This document shows, piece by piece, positions 29,334-38,738 of a DNA stretch of 64,000 nucleotides. Each line of letters starts with the position of its first letter. The stretch's first letter is position 1. The notes under the pieces were generated by a model. The model was not told where the DNA came from. It made no database searches and worked only from the letters and a program-made list of their open reading frames with translations. The DNA is from Ascidiaceihabitans donghaensis (GTDB lineage: Bacteria; Pseudomonadota; Alphaproteobacteria; Rhodobacterales; Rhodobacteraceae): positions 2,696,729-2,760,728 of the forward strand of contig NZ_OMOR01000001.1 in the NCBI RefSeq assembly GCF_900302465.1, written 5' to 3'. Both the position numbers and the translations under genes were made by a program.

Positions 29334-30502
29334 TATCCATGCTGGTCGTCTTGGCTACCTTGATTGGCACCATAGGCATTGGCCTGATCTGGAAGGGCGC
29401 AGAGCTAAAGCGGCTCATGGCGGTGAACACCCTGTTTCGCGAAGACCGCATCGTGCAGAATTTCTCCAATATGCGCGGTGCCTTCCTGAACCGTGATCTT
29501 GATATTGGCACTGGTGTGGTGTCCCCCCTGCCCGAGAGCACGCCCCTTGAAATGCCAGCCGTTTTTGCGCCTTGGGCCGCCGTGCGCCACGTCACATCGA
29601 CGCTGGTGTTAAAGAACGGTGCGATCGTACATCAAAGCTATCACCACGGCACCACCGAAAGCGATCTGCGCATCAGCTGGTCGATGGCGAAAAGTTATCT
29701 GTCTGTTTTATTTGGTGTTTTGGTGGATGAGGGCGCGATCCCGTCATTGGACACAAAGGTCGTAGACCTTGTGCCAGTCCTGAAAGGCGGGGCCTATGAA
29801 CGGGCGCGGATCATCGACGTTTTGCGCATGTCGTCGGGGATCACCTTCAATGAGGACTATTTGGACAAGGCCTCGGACATCAACCGAATGGGGCGCGTGT
29901 TGGCCTTGGGCAAGCGCATGGATGATTTCGCAGCGGGCCTTACAGATACATTCGCCGAACCCGGTGATGTGATGCAATACACGTCCATCGACACGCATGT
30001 TCTGGGCATGGTGGCGCGGGCCGCCACCGGACGCGACATCGTGGATCTTATGAGCGAAAAAGTCATCGCCAGACTGGGTCTGGAAACCACGCCCTATTAC
30101 CTGACCGATGGCGCAGGCACCGCCTTTGTCTTGGGTGGCTTGAACATGACCACACGCGACTACGCGCGGTTTGGGCAAATGATCTTGCAACACGGCACAT
30201 GGCACGGGCAACGCATCGTGTCCGCCGACTGGGTGCGTGCATCCGTTATCCCGTCCGCCAACACGGGCCTCGGCGAATTCAAATACGGCTATCAATGGTG
30301 GATACCCGAGGACGCGATTGCCGGAAAAGAGGTGATGGCCCGTGGCATTTACGGGCAATACATCTACATCAGCTATGAACAAAGCGTGGTTGTGGTGATC
30401 ACCTCGGCCGATCGGGGGTTTCGCGATGATGGCGTCATAGAAAGCGCCGTCGACACCTGCCGCGCCATCGCAAAAGCAACAGGAGATGCGAATGGAACCT
30501 GA
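29330..30502 (+). CDS. Serine hydrolase, beta-lactamase/transpeptidase-like family (membrane-anchored)
   Basis: N-terminal TM helix (MLVVLATLIGTIGIGLIW). An SxxK motif (SMAK) and a later Tyr-x-Asn-like region. ATGA overlap with the pth stop. Confidence 0.8.
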   Translation: MISMLVVLATLIGTIGIGLIWKGAELKRLMAVNTLFREDRIVQNFSNMRGAFLNRDLDIGTGVVSPLPESTPLEMPAVFAPWAAVRHVTSTLVLKNGAIVHQSYHHGTTESDLRISWSMAKSYLSVLFGVLVDEGAIPSLDTKVVDLVPVLKGGAYERARIIDVLRMSSGITFNEDYLDKASDINRMGRVLALGKRMDDFAAGLTDTFAEPGDVMQYTSIDTHVLGMVARAATGRDIVDLMSEKVIARLGLETTPYYLTDGAGTAFVLGGLNMTTRDYARFGQMILQHGTWHGQRIVSADWVRASVIPSANTGLGEFKYGYQWWIPEDAIAGKEVMARGIYGQYIYISYEQSVVVVITSADRGFRDDGVIESAVDTCRAIAKATGDANGT

Positions 30503-30863
30503 AGACAGCATAAACGTGCTTGGCACTGCTTTGGATCTGTGCGGCACCGACCCCGTGACAGGGTTCTTTCGCGACGGTTATTGCAACACATGCGCCGCAG
30601 ATCAGGGCAGCCACACGGTGGCGGCCGTGATGACGGCAGAGTTTTTAGCGTTTTCCAAATACGTGGGCAATGACCTCAGCACCCCACGGCCAGAGTATGG
30701 GTTTGTCGGGTTGAAACCAGGGGATGCGTGGTGCCTGTGCGCGGGGCGGTTCTTGCAAGCCCATGACGAGGGCTGTGCGCCGCAGGTGAAGCTGGAGGCG
30801 ACACACAAGCGGGCGTTAGAGATTGTGCCGTTGGAGGTGTTGCGGGGGTATGGGGTGACTTAG
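30492..30863 (+). CDS. DUF2237-family small protein
   Basis: INVLGTALDLCGTDPVTGFFRDGYCNT, a conserved DUF2237 N-terminal signature. Overlaps the upstream gene end. Confidence 0.65.
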   Translation: MEPEDSINVLGTALDLCGTDPVTGFFRDGYCNTCAADQGSHTVAAVMTAEFLAFSKYVGNDLSTPRPEYGFVGLKPGDAWCLCAGRFLQAHDEGCAPQVKLEATHKRALEIVPLEVLRGYGVT

Positions 30864-30998
30864 GACACATGACGACGTTCATTGGGTTGAAAGTCTGGAA
30901 CAAACCAATGGCCGGTTTGAGCCCATATTGACGAATGCCGCAAGGTGCGCGTAATTTGGTTTCTTGTTCATCTCTTACATCGTAGGTAAACTGACGGG

Positions 30999-31253
30999 AT
31001 GCAAATTTGGTCTATAGAAAAGACGTTGCGAAAGGACGACGGTACACGTTCAGTCGACATACGCGTCAGTCCTGACGGCAAGCTTTTCCGTTACTATGAG
31101 AATGTATGGATCACCGTCGGCGACGACGAATTACTGCACTATCCTGACGGTGGGTATTGGTCTTGCCCGGAAATGTCCGGGTATTACGAAAGCCTCAAAG
31201 ATTGTGAGCTTGGGGCTCGTAGCGATGTCGGTTGGCTTGTAGGCAGTCCCTAA
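30999..31253 (+). CDS. Hypothetical protein (84 aa) in locally low-GC DNA
   Basis: The ORF has no family resemblance. The surrounding ~550 bp is visibly AT-richer than neighbouring DNA. Confidence 0.3.
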   Translation: MQIWSIEKTLRKDDGTRSVDIRVSPDGKLFRYYENVWITVGDDELLHYPDGGYWSCPEMSGYYESLKDCELGARSDVGWLVGSP

Positions 31254-31390
31254 AGCGAAGTTGCCTTGTTGATGCAAACAGAACTTCGATGCGGACGTTG
31301 GCGCAGTCGTAGCAAATGTCTCAAAAGTCCGTAGAGCGGTCATTCGATCAATTTCTGCATTGGCAGCGACGGCACATTGTTCAGACAGGA

Positions 31391-31420
31391 AAAACCGACC
31401 CGAGGTTCCCCCGGATCGGT
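31391..31420 (-). terminator. Rho-independent terminator downstream of SPFH gene
   Basis: Minus-strand stem ACCGATCCG / CGGGTCGGT (one mismatch) followed by TTTTTCC. Confidence 0.55.
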
Positions 31421-31427
31421 CCATATC

Positions 31428-32573
31428 TTAATCGCGCAATCGGACCACGTCGGACATCAGCCCTTCGGTCCCGTTGTGCACGGTCAAACGCTCGACTTTG
31501 CCGGCGATGACCTCCAACGCTTCCAGCTCTTTCAGCCGCAGCATGACGGGGTTTTCCGCCATCACTTTGGCTGTGTTCAGCAATGACCGCGTCGCGTTGG
31601 TTTCTTCGCGACGCCGGATCACGTTGGCTTCGGCCTCTTTTTGCGCGGCAACGACCTGGTTCAGGATCTCGCGCATCTCGCCGGGCAGAATCACGTCTTT
31701 CAACGCGATCTCGCCCACTTCGACACCCAGACCCGCCATTTCGGCACGGACCAGTTCAGCCGCCTCAGCATTCACAGACACTTTGTCCGCCAAAAGCTGA
31801 TCCAGCGTCACCGCCCCCAGCGTCTTGCGGAAGGCCAGTTGCAACGCCAAATGCAGCGTTTCGCCAAAGTCCTTGACCGCCCCCACAGCGACCAGCGCAT
31901 CGGTGATGCGGTAGGTTGCTGTGACGTTCACACGCAGGGTCACGCGGTCACGGGTCAGGATGTCCTGCCCCACGACCTCACGCGATTGCCAACGCATATC
32001 GACCAATTTGGCGTCATGTTTACGCCCGAGGTTCCAGAAGGTGTACGTCCCAGCATCAAGCAGTTTGGGGTCGGCCCCGTCCACTGTTAAAACCGCAACT
32101 TTCCCCGCAGGCACCTCCACCCGCGTCAGCGCTGCGCTCAGCCCAGACCGCATCAAACGTTGCGCCAAGGACATCTCAAGTCGCGTGTCCTCAGCAACGT
32201 TCAAAAGCGTCGACGTCCAAGGACCAGCCTCGGTCCAGAACAAGCGCCGTTGGTCAGGTGTGACCACCGCAAACGCCCGCCCATCACGGTAGACAATCGC
32301 CACCTCATCGCGCCCGGTCGCCACTTCGGTGAAGTGGGTTGCGACCAGATCAGGCCGGTTGCGCATCAACGCCAACGCGTAGTCAGACACAAATTCAGGA
32401 TGCTCCAGATCATGCCACTGCGTGCTCAACCCACGCCGTTTCACAGCGTGACGGCCAGCCGTCAGAATGTCAGCAAGTTTACCATCCCGCAGCACGATCA
32501 CGCGCTCTGTTTCGGTTGCTGTGAGGCGGGTACGCCCCAGGACCATATCGGTCACAAGATCTATCAATTGCAT
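31428..32573 (-). CDS. SPFH/band-7 (stomatin-prohibitin-flotillin-HflK/C) domain protein
   Basis: Central SPFH domain and a C-terminal coiled-coil (QKEAEANVIRRREETNATRSLLNTAKV). No obvious N-terminal TM. AGGAG-N8-ATG at 32573 is preferred over the GTG at 32582. Confidence 0.75.
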   Translation of the reverse strand: MQLIDLVTDMVLGRTRLTATETERVIVLRDGKLADILTAGRHAVKRRGLSTQWHDLEHPEFVSDYALALMRNRPDLVATHFTEVATGRDEVAIVYRDGRAFAVVTPDQRRLFWTEAGPWTSTLLNVAEDTRLEMSLAQRLMRSGLSAALTRVEVPAGKVAVLTVDGADPKLLDAGTYTFWNLGRKHDAKLVDMRWQSREVVGQDILTRDRVTLRVNVTATYRITDALVAVGAVKDFGETLHLALQLAFRKTLGAVTLDQLLADKVSVNAEAAELVRAEMAGLGVEVGEIALKDVILPGEMREILNQVVAAQKEAEANVIRRREETNATRSLLNTAKVMAENPVMLRLKELEALEVIAGKVERLTVHNGTEGLMSDVVRLRD

Positions 32574-32934
32574 GTCATGCACTCCTTTTTTGTTTCGATC
32601 TTTATCGTCGTCGCAAAATGCGAACTCCTTTTGGTTTCAGTGGGTTGCCGCATGTGCAGTCAGGTGTTGCCCTTTTTGAAAAGGGAATTGGTGTGGTCGG
32701 AAACTGCCCCTTGCCATGACGTTGAACGGGGAGACCCAAGAGAGGGCAGGCAAGGCCAAAGGCGGGGCGGTGCGGATCGAAATCCAAACCACCCGAACCA
32801 CGGGCGATGCGTGCCATCCAGTGTCGTCCCGGCCCAAAGCCAGAGCGTGGACACGGGTGGTTTCAGCCCCTCGAAGGGTGCAGAATTCCAAGCCGTTCCC
32901 ACGCAGGAACAGCCCCCGACCGATGTTATGCTTG

Positions 32935-32980
32935 CGTGGAAGGCAAGTGGGGAATCGAACCCCTGCGTCTCCGCAGTACC
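32935..32980 (-). other. tRNA 3'-half-like fragment (T-arm + acceptor-like + CCA) immediately downstream of tRNA gene
   Basis: Minus strand TGGTACTGCGGAGACGCAGGGGTTCGATTCCCCACTTGCCTTCCA. It contains a GTTCGATTCC T-loop box and a terminal CCA. It parallels the 3' half of the adjacent tRNA (GTCGCAGGTTCGATTCCTGCC...CCA) but has no 5' half. Confidence 0.5.
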
Positions 32981-33055
32981 ATGGTGAAAAGGCAGGAATC
33001 GAACCTGCGACATGAAGGTTAGGAACCTACTGCTCTACCGCCTGAGCTACATTTC
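32981..33055 (-). tRNA. tRNA-Arg(CCT)-like gene; acceptor stem imperfect (possible pseudo-tRNA)
   Basis: Minus strand GGAAATG-TA-GCTC-AGGCGGTA-GAGC-A-GTAGG-TTCCTAA-CCTTC-ATGTC-GCAGG-TTCGATT-CCTGC-CTTTTCA-CCA. Good D-arm and T-arm, anticodon loop with CCT. One mismatch in the anticodon stem. The 3' acceptor strand is 1 nt short or mismatched relative to GGAAATG. Confidence 0.55.
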
Positions 33056-33334
33056 CAATGTACCAATGAGGTGCAGCAGCCTTGGTATACGTTGACGACA
33101 GAGCCGCCCCGCACCGGGTGGGTGATCACCCCATCCCGCTAAGGTCTGATGCATTGCATCGGTGGGCGGTGTTTAGGCGGGAACAACGATTCTGCTCAAC
33201 AGGGAAAATTCCTGCGCGCAACAATATGTGGCAAGTGCGCAACATAATTACCCACCGGCGCAATAAATGAAAAAGGAGCCGCAGTTGCGACCCCTCTTTT
33301 GCCCTGTTTCTCGGGCCTTTTCTTTAGGAAAGTT

Positions 33335-34567
33335 TCAAACGAACTCACCCATGTCGAAATCAAGTGCGCGCGCCACGGTAAAGATGTCTTTGTCACCGCG
33401 TCCGCACATGTTCATGCAGATGATGTGATCGGCGGGTAAATCGCCTGCAATCTTCATCACATGGGCCAAGGCGTGGCTGGGTTCCAACGCTGGAATGATC
33501 CCTTCGAGGGTGCAGCACAGCTGAAACGCCTCAAGTGCCTCGACGTCTGTGATCGACACATATTGCGCGCGCCCAATGTCGTGCAGCCAAGCGTGTTCAG
33601 GGCCGATACCCGGATAATCAAGGCCCGCGGAGATTGAGAAGCCTTCGAGGATCTGACCATCGTCGTCTTGCAACAAATACGTGCGGTTACCATGCAGAAC
33701 GCCGGGACGTCCCCCTGTCAAAGACGCGCAGTGTTCCATCTTTTCGTTGACGCCTTTGCCGCCAGCCTCAACACCGATGATGCCGACGTCTTTCTCATCC
33801 AGAAACGGGAAAAACAGGCCCATCGCGTTGGACCCGCCACCGATCGCCGCGATCAACGTGTCGGGAAAACGGCCTTCTGCGGCAACCATCTGGTCGCGAA
33901 CTTCCTTGCCGATGATGCTTTGGAAATCGCGCACCATCGCCGGATATGGGTGCGGGCCAGCAACGGTGCCGATACAGTAGAAGGTGTCGTCGACGTTTGT
34001 GACCCAGTCACGCAACGCGTCGTTCATGGCGTCCTTCAGCGTGCCACGACCTGAGGTGACAGGCACCACTTCAGCACCCAAAAGGCGCATACGGAAGACG
34101 TTGGGCGCTTGGCGTTCAACATCATGTGCGCCCATGTAAACCACACATTTCAGCCCGAATTTTGCGCAAACCGTCGCCGTGGCGACACCGTGTTGCCCTG
34201 CCCCGGTTTCCGCAATGATACGCGTTTTTCCCATACGGCGTGCCAGAATGATCTGACCTAATACGTTGTTGATTTTATGAGCACCAGTGTGGTTCAGCTC
34301 GTCGCGTTTCATGTAGATTTTTGCGCCACCGAGGTGATCGGTCAAACGCTCGGCGAAATACAACGGCGACGGACGACCCACGTAGTTGGTCCAAAGATCG
34401 TTCATCTCGGCCCAGAAACTTTCGTCGGTCTTGGCCTTTTCGTATTCTTCTTCAAGGCTCAGGATCAAAGGCATCAGTGTCTCGGATACAAAACGTCCGC
34501 CAAAATCACCAAAGCGCCCGTTTTCGTCCGGGCCGGTCATGAAAGAATTGAAAAGGTCATTTGCCAT
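33335..34567 (-). CDS. trpB: Tryptophan synthase beta subunit
   Basis: Canonical TrpB sequence with the PLP lysine in HTGAHKINN, and GGGSNAMG. Confidence 0.95.
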   Translation of the reverse strand: MANDLFNSFMTGPDENGRFGDFGGRFVSETLMPLILSLEEEYEKAKTDESFWAEMNDLWTNYVGRPSPLYFAERLTDHLGGAKIYMKRDELNHTGAHKINNVLGQIILARRMGKTRIIAETGAGQHGVATATVCAKFGLKCVVYMGAHDVERQAPNVFRMRLLGAEVVPVTSGRGTLKDAMNDALRDWVTNVDDTFYCIGTVAGPHPYPAMVRDFQSIIGKEVRDQMVAAEGRFPDTLIAAIGGGSNAMGLFFPFLDEKDVGIIGVEAGGKGVNEKMEHCASLTGGRPGVLHGNRTYLLQDDDGQILEGFSISAGLDYPGIGPEHAWLHDIGRAQYVSITDVEALEAFQLCCTLEGIIPALEPSHALAHVMKIAGDLPADHIICMNMCGRGDKDIFTVARALDFDMGEFV

Positions 34568-34664
34568 GGCGAAAGCTCCCTATCGCATTGAAATGAATGG
34601 GTAGCGTGAACGGCAATCGGGGTAAAGCGATTGGGTGCAAAATTCGTTACAAAGGCCGTCAGAA

Positions 34665-34994
34665 TTAACGACAAACCACCTTTGAGAATACGCCAATGCA
34701 GCTTTGTGCATGATCGCGCCCAAAACGGATATCGATCTTTGAATAAAACCAGCGATCGTCCATTTGCACATCCATCAAAGACCGTATGACCCCCGCACAG
34801 GCAGAGCGCCCCAGCTGGCATGCGCCAGCAATCAGTTGCAAAACCGGTTCTTGTTGTGTGCCTGGATCAAACGCATCGATTTCTGCCAAAAGACGCGCTT
34901 CAATCTGCGCTTCGACTTCGTTCTGCGACGGGTTCGTTAACAAAGCCGCCAATCCCAGAACAATCACAACCACAACGCTTAGCTTAAACTTCAT
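34665..34994 (-). CDS. Hypothetical small exported/membrane protein (109 aa)
   Basis: N-terminal hydrophobic helix [19 protein letters not shown], with several Cys. Sits between trpF and trpB with a 4-nt overlap onto the trpF stop. Confidence 0.5.
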   Translation of the reverse strand: MKFKLSVVVVIVLGLAALLTNPSQNEVEAQIEARLLAEIDAFDPGTQQEPVLQLIAGACQLGRSACAGVIRSLMDVQMDDRWFYSKIDIRFGRDHAQSCIGVFSKVVCR

Positions 34995-35641
34995 GGGATC
35001 TGCGCCTGTTTCACAAAATCATGGATGGCATCCGCATCCTTCACACCCGGAGCACTTTCAACGCCAGAAGCAACATCAACTTGCCGCGCACCCGTGCGCA
35101 AAACTGCCTGCCGCACATTGTCGGGCGTTAATCCGCCCGCCAGCATCCATGGCTTGCGCCAGTACTTGCGTGCCGCCAGCAGCCCCCAGTCAAATGCCAA
35201 ACCGTTTCCACCGGGCAAAATCGCATCCTTGGGTGCTTTCGCGTCAACTAGAATCTGGTCCGCGACCGCTTCATAACTGTCAATGCGATTCACGTCGGCG
35301 GCATTGGCAACACCCACCACCTTTATAATGGGAAGACCAAACCGCGCCCGAATTTCCGCAACGCGTTCAGGGGTTTCAGACCCGTGAAGCTGCAAAAAAT
35401 CCAGCGGAACCTTATCTGTCAAATCTTGCAACATCGCGTCATCCGCGTTGACGACAAGCCCCACTTTCGCCACTCCGACCGGGGTATCGACGGATAAATC
35501 GCGTGCCATCTCAAAAGACACAAAGCGCGGTGATTTCGGAAAGAAATTGAAGCCAAGGTACCGTGCGCCAGCCGCGGCCACGGCGTCCACGTCGGCAGGC
35601 CGCGTCACGCCGCAGATTTTTACCGCAATTTGATTAGACAT
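34991..35641 (-). CDS. trpF: Phosphoribosylanthranilate isomerase
   Basis: TrpF motifs [12 protein letters not shown] and [10 protein letters not shown]. Start at [11 protein letters not shown]. Confidence 0.9.
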   Translation of the reverse strand: MSNQIAVKICGVTRPADVDAVAAAGARYLGFNFFPKSPRFVSFEMARDLSVDTPVGVAKVGLVVNADDAMLQDLTDKVPLDFLQLHGSETPERVAEIRARFGLPIIKVVGVANAADVNRIDSYEAVADQILVDAKAPKDAILPGGNGLAFDWGLLAARKYWRKPWMLAGGLTPDNVRQAVLRTGARQVDVASGVESAPGVKDADAIHDFVKQAQIP

Positions 35642-35648
35642 CTGTGTG

Positions 35649-36002
35649 TCAGCCAGCTTTATCAAGCAAAGCCAGTACGTCGTCTTTGCCTTCGTGCTTT
35701 TCGCCCTTCAGGCGATCAACTTCACGTTCAAGACGGCGCACCTGACGCGCTGACTTGGCAGCTTCAGACCGTACAGTAAACTCGCGCAGCCATTCCCAGA
35801 TAAAACCCACCAAAAGGCCCACAAGAATACCGCCAAAAATGACAACAAACAAAGGCATTTCTATGGATGGGTTGACGGCAAACAGGCCGGCGACCTCATT
35901 TGGCAGCACTTTCAAAGTGACCGCCGCGCGATTGGCCAAAGCCACCGCGATCAGAGCAAGCGCAAACAGTGCAATGCAGGCGTAGCGAATGTAACGCATC
36001 AT
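35649..36002 (-). CDS. lapA: LapA-family (DUF1049) inner-membrane protein
   Basis: Two TM helices followed by a coiled-coil tail ([16 protein letters not shown]). Conserved position between ihfB and trpF. Confidence 0.7.
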   Translation of the reverse strand: MMRYIRYACIALFALALIAVALANRAAVTLKVLPNEVAGLFAVNPSIEMPLFVVIFGGILVGLLVGFIWEWLREFTVRSEAAKSARQVRRLEREVDRLKGEKHEGKDDVLALLDKAG

Positions 36003-36283
36003 GCTTTTCCGTTCAGGCGGTCCCGCAACAGCTTACCGGTCTTGAAAAACGGGACATGTTTTTCTTCAACATTCACTGTTTCACCGGTGCGTGGGTTGCG
36101 TCCCACACGGGCATCGCGCTGTTTGACGGAAAATGCACCGAAGCCGCGCAATTCAACACGATCCCCACGCGCCATGGCGGCGGTCACCTCGTCAAAAATG
36201 GTGTTCACAATACGCTCCACGTCGCGCTGATACAGATGTGGGTTTTCGTCCGCGATTTTCTGGATCAATTCAGACCGGATCAT
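35999..36283 (-). CDS. ihfB: Integration host factor subunit beta
   Basis: [11 protein letters not shown]...[30 protein letters not shown], a canonical IHF-beta/HU fold. Confidence 0.9.
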   Translation of the reverse strand: MIRSELIQKIADENPHLYQRDVERIVNTIFDEVTAAMARGDRVELRGFGAFSVKQRDARVGRNPRTGETVNVEEKHVPFFKTGKLLRDRLNGKA

Positions 36284-36580
36284 ATTGGTGTTCCCCCCGG
36301 AGCAGTGATGTTTTATGTGTAATCCATTCGACTATAAGCAGATTTTCCGAAATCGGGAATAGAGTGAAAGCAGGTCCAGCGTGTTTTTGCCGGATAATTT
36401 TTGGGTTTCGCGGCACCTTGCGTTCATTTTCAGCAATTTTTGAGAAGAAGCGGTAGCTTCGCCACCATACCACCTGTTTGATTCGGGCAATCAGAGACAG
36501 TCACTCTTTGATGTGTCTCTGTTCCCAACTGCACAGAAACCCAGATGGGCGTGCGCCCCGTGGGGGCCGCGCGTTGTGCA

Positions 36581-36614
36581 CAAAAAAGGCCCCGCACGTT
36601 TCCGTGCGAGGCCC
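36581..36614 (-). terminator. Rho-independent terminator downstream of rpsA
   Basis: Minus strand GGGCCTCGCACG-GAAA-CGTGCGGGGCC followed by TTTTTTGTG. Confidence 0.7.
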
Positions 36615-36634
36615 AAGATTAAAAAGCGAAAAGC

Positions 36635-38311
36635 TTACTCGTCGCCGGTTTTCAGCGCCGCACCCAGGATGTCGCCCAAGGACGCACCGGAGTCGGAGGA
36701 ACCATACTGTTCCACAGCTTCTTTCTCTTCCGCGATTTCGCGTGCTTTGATCGACACACCCAAACGACGGGATTTTGCATCCACGTTTGTGATGCGCACG
36801 TCGACCTTGTCACCAACCGAGAAACGCTCAGGGCGCTGTTCGGCACGGTCACGGGACAGATCAGAACGACGGATGAAGGATTTCATGCCTTCGTATTCGC
36901 ACTCGATGCCGCCCTCTTCGATCGCAGTCACAGTCACAGTCACGATGGAACCGCGTTTTACGCCGCCCACTGCTTCTGCAAACTTGTCGCCGCCGACACC
37001 TTTGATGGAAAGGCTGATGCGCTCTTTCTCAACGTCGACTTCGGACACAACCGCGCCGACCATGTCGCCTTTGCGGTAGTTCTGGATCGCATCTTCGCCG
37101 CGCTCGTCCCATGACAGGTCGGACAAGTGCACCATGCCGTCGATGTCTCCGGGAAGACCAACAAACAGACCGAATTCGGTGATGTTTTTGACTTCGCCTT
37201 CGACTTCTGTGCCCTCAGGGTGTGTTTCTGCAAACACTTCCCATGGGTTGCGCATAGTCTGCTTGAGGCCAAGGGAAACGCGACGCTTGGCGCCATCGAT
37301 TTCCAGAACCATGACTTCGACTTCTTGCGACGTAGACACGATTTTGCCCGGATGGACGTTCTTTTTGGTCCAGGACATTTCAGAGACGTGGACAAGACCT
37401 TCAACGCCCGCTTCCAGCTCAACAAAGGCACCGTAATCGGTGATGTTGGTCACGCGGCCTGTGTGTGTGGATTCCAATGGGTATTTCGCGGCAACCAGAT
37501 CCCATGGATCTTCCTGCAACTGCTTCATGCCCAAGGAGATGCGGTGTGTCTCTTTGTTGATCTTGATGACCTGAACAGCGATTGTTTCGCCGATTGTCAG
37601 GATCTCGGAAGGGTGGTTCACACGGCGCCATGCCATGTCCGTGACGTGCAACAAGCCGTCAACGCCGCCCAGATCAACAAACGCACCGTATTCGGTGATG
37701 TTCTTGACCACACCGTCAACATTCTGACCTTCGGCCAAGTTGCCGATGACCTCAGCGCGCTGTTCAGCGCGTGATTCTTCAAGGATGGCACGACGGGACA
37801 CAACGATGTTGCCACGACGACGGTCCATTTTCAGGATTTGGAATGGCTGCTTCAGACCCATCAATGGGCCGGCGTCACGCACAGGGCGCACATCCACTTG
37901 GGAACCGGGCAAGAACGCAACCGCGCCGCCAAGGTCCACAGTGAAACCACCTTTGACACGACCAAAGATCGCACCTTCAACGCGGGCTTCGCCAGCGTAA
38001 GCTGTTTCCAGACGGTCCCATGCCTCTTCACGGCGCGCCATCTCACGAGAGATAACCGCTTCGCCGCGGGCGTTTTCGACCTGACGCAAGAAGACTTCAA
38101 CTTCATCGCCAACTTCGATTTTGGGGGCTTCGCCGGGATCGGCAAATTCTTTCAACTCAACGCGGCCTTCCATCTTGTAGCCGACGTCGATAATGGCTTG
38201 GCCCGCTTCAATCGCGATAACCTTGCCTTTGACAACAGAACCCTCATCGGGTGTGTCCATTTCGAAGCTTTCTTCTAAGAGCGCTTCAAACTCATCCATC
38301 ATATTTGCCAT
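36635..38311 (-). CDS. rpsA: 30S ribosomal protein S1
   Basis: 558 aa with six S1 repeats, e.g. GKVIAIEAGQAIIDVGYKMEGRVELKEF. Confidence 0.95.
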   Translation of the reverse strand: MANMMDEFEALLEESFEMDTPDEGSVVKGKVIAIEAGQAIIDVGYKMEGRVELKEFADPGEAPKIEVGDEVEVFLRQVENARGEAVISREMARREEAWDRLETAYAGEARVEGAIFGRVKGGFTVDLGGAVAFLPGSQVDVRPVRDAGPLMGLKQPFQILKMDRRRGNIVVSRRAILEESRAEQRAEVIGNLAEGQNVDGVVKNITEYGAFVDLGGVDGLLHVTDMAWRRVNHPSEILTIGETIAVQVIKINKETHRISLGMKQLQEDPWDLVAAKYPLESTHTGRVTNITDYGAFVELEAGVEGLVHVSEMSWTKKNVHPGKIVSTSQEVEVMVLEIDGAKRRVSLGLKQTMRNPWEVFAETHPEGTEVEGEVKNITEFGLFVGLPGDIDGMVHLSDLSWDERGEDAIQNYRKGDMVGAVVSEVDVEKERISLSIKGVGGDKFAEAVGGVKRGSIVTVTVTAIEEGGIECEYEGMKSFIRRSDLSRDRAEQRPERFSVGDKVDVRITNVDAKSRRLGVSIKAREIAEEKEAVEQYGSSDSGASLGDILGAALKTGDE

Positions 38312-38738
38312 GTGGCGTGTTTTTCCTAATCTACGTTTTGTTTTTCGGGCCGTGCGGTTGTCTCCGCCGGTCTTTGGATTGCGAATTGGTCAATGAACGA
38401 ATTTTGGACGAAAAACAAAGAGGGCCGGAAGACTCCGACCCCTGTATGCTGCAACGTCCGCGGTGTGTTCACCTTACTGACGCTCGCGCGTATAAGGGAT
38501 GAAACCACCTAAAGCAAGGGGGCCATGCGCTCAACTTCATCTGCCAAACCCTTGCCCCAAAGCAAATGGGGCGTCGGCGCTTCATCGAATTAAAACCCGT
38601 CCAGAGCCTACAAAGCGATACCGGAGGACAAGGGAACAGCCCCCGCTTTTCATCTTGGAAAATATACCTCGGGGGAGTCCGCAGGACGGGGGCAGCGCCC
38701 CCTAAATCAAAAACTTGCGCAGCTCATTTGAATATCAC

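Noticed and set aside
32935-32980. Possibility that the tRNA 3'-half-like fragment is the acceptor piece of a two-piece (permuted) alphaproteobacterial tmRNA
   Set aside because: The putative acceptor strand lacks the G3-U70 alanine identity context. Reading the downstream minus-strand sequence (32580-32934), no ANDN-type tag reading frame or matching 5' acceptor strand (GGGG...) was found.
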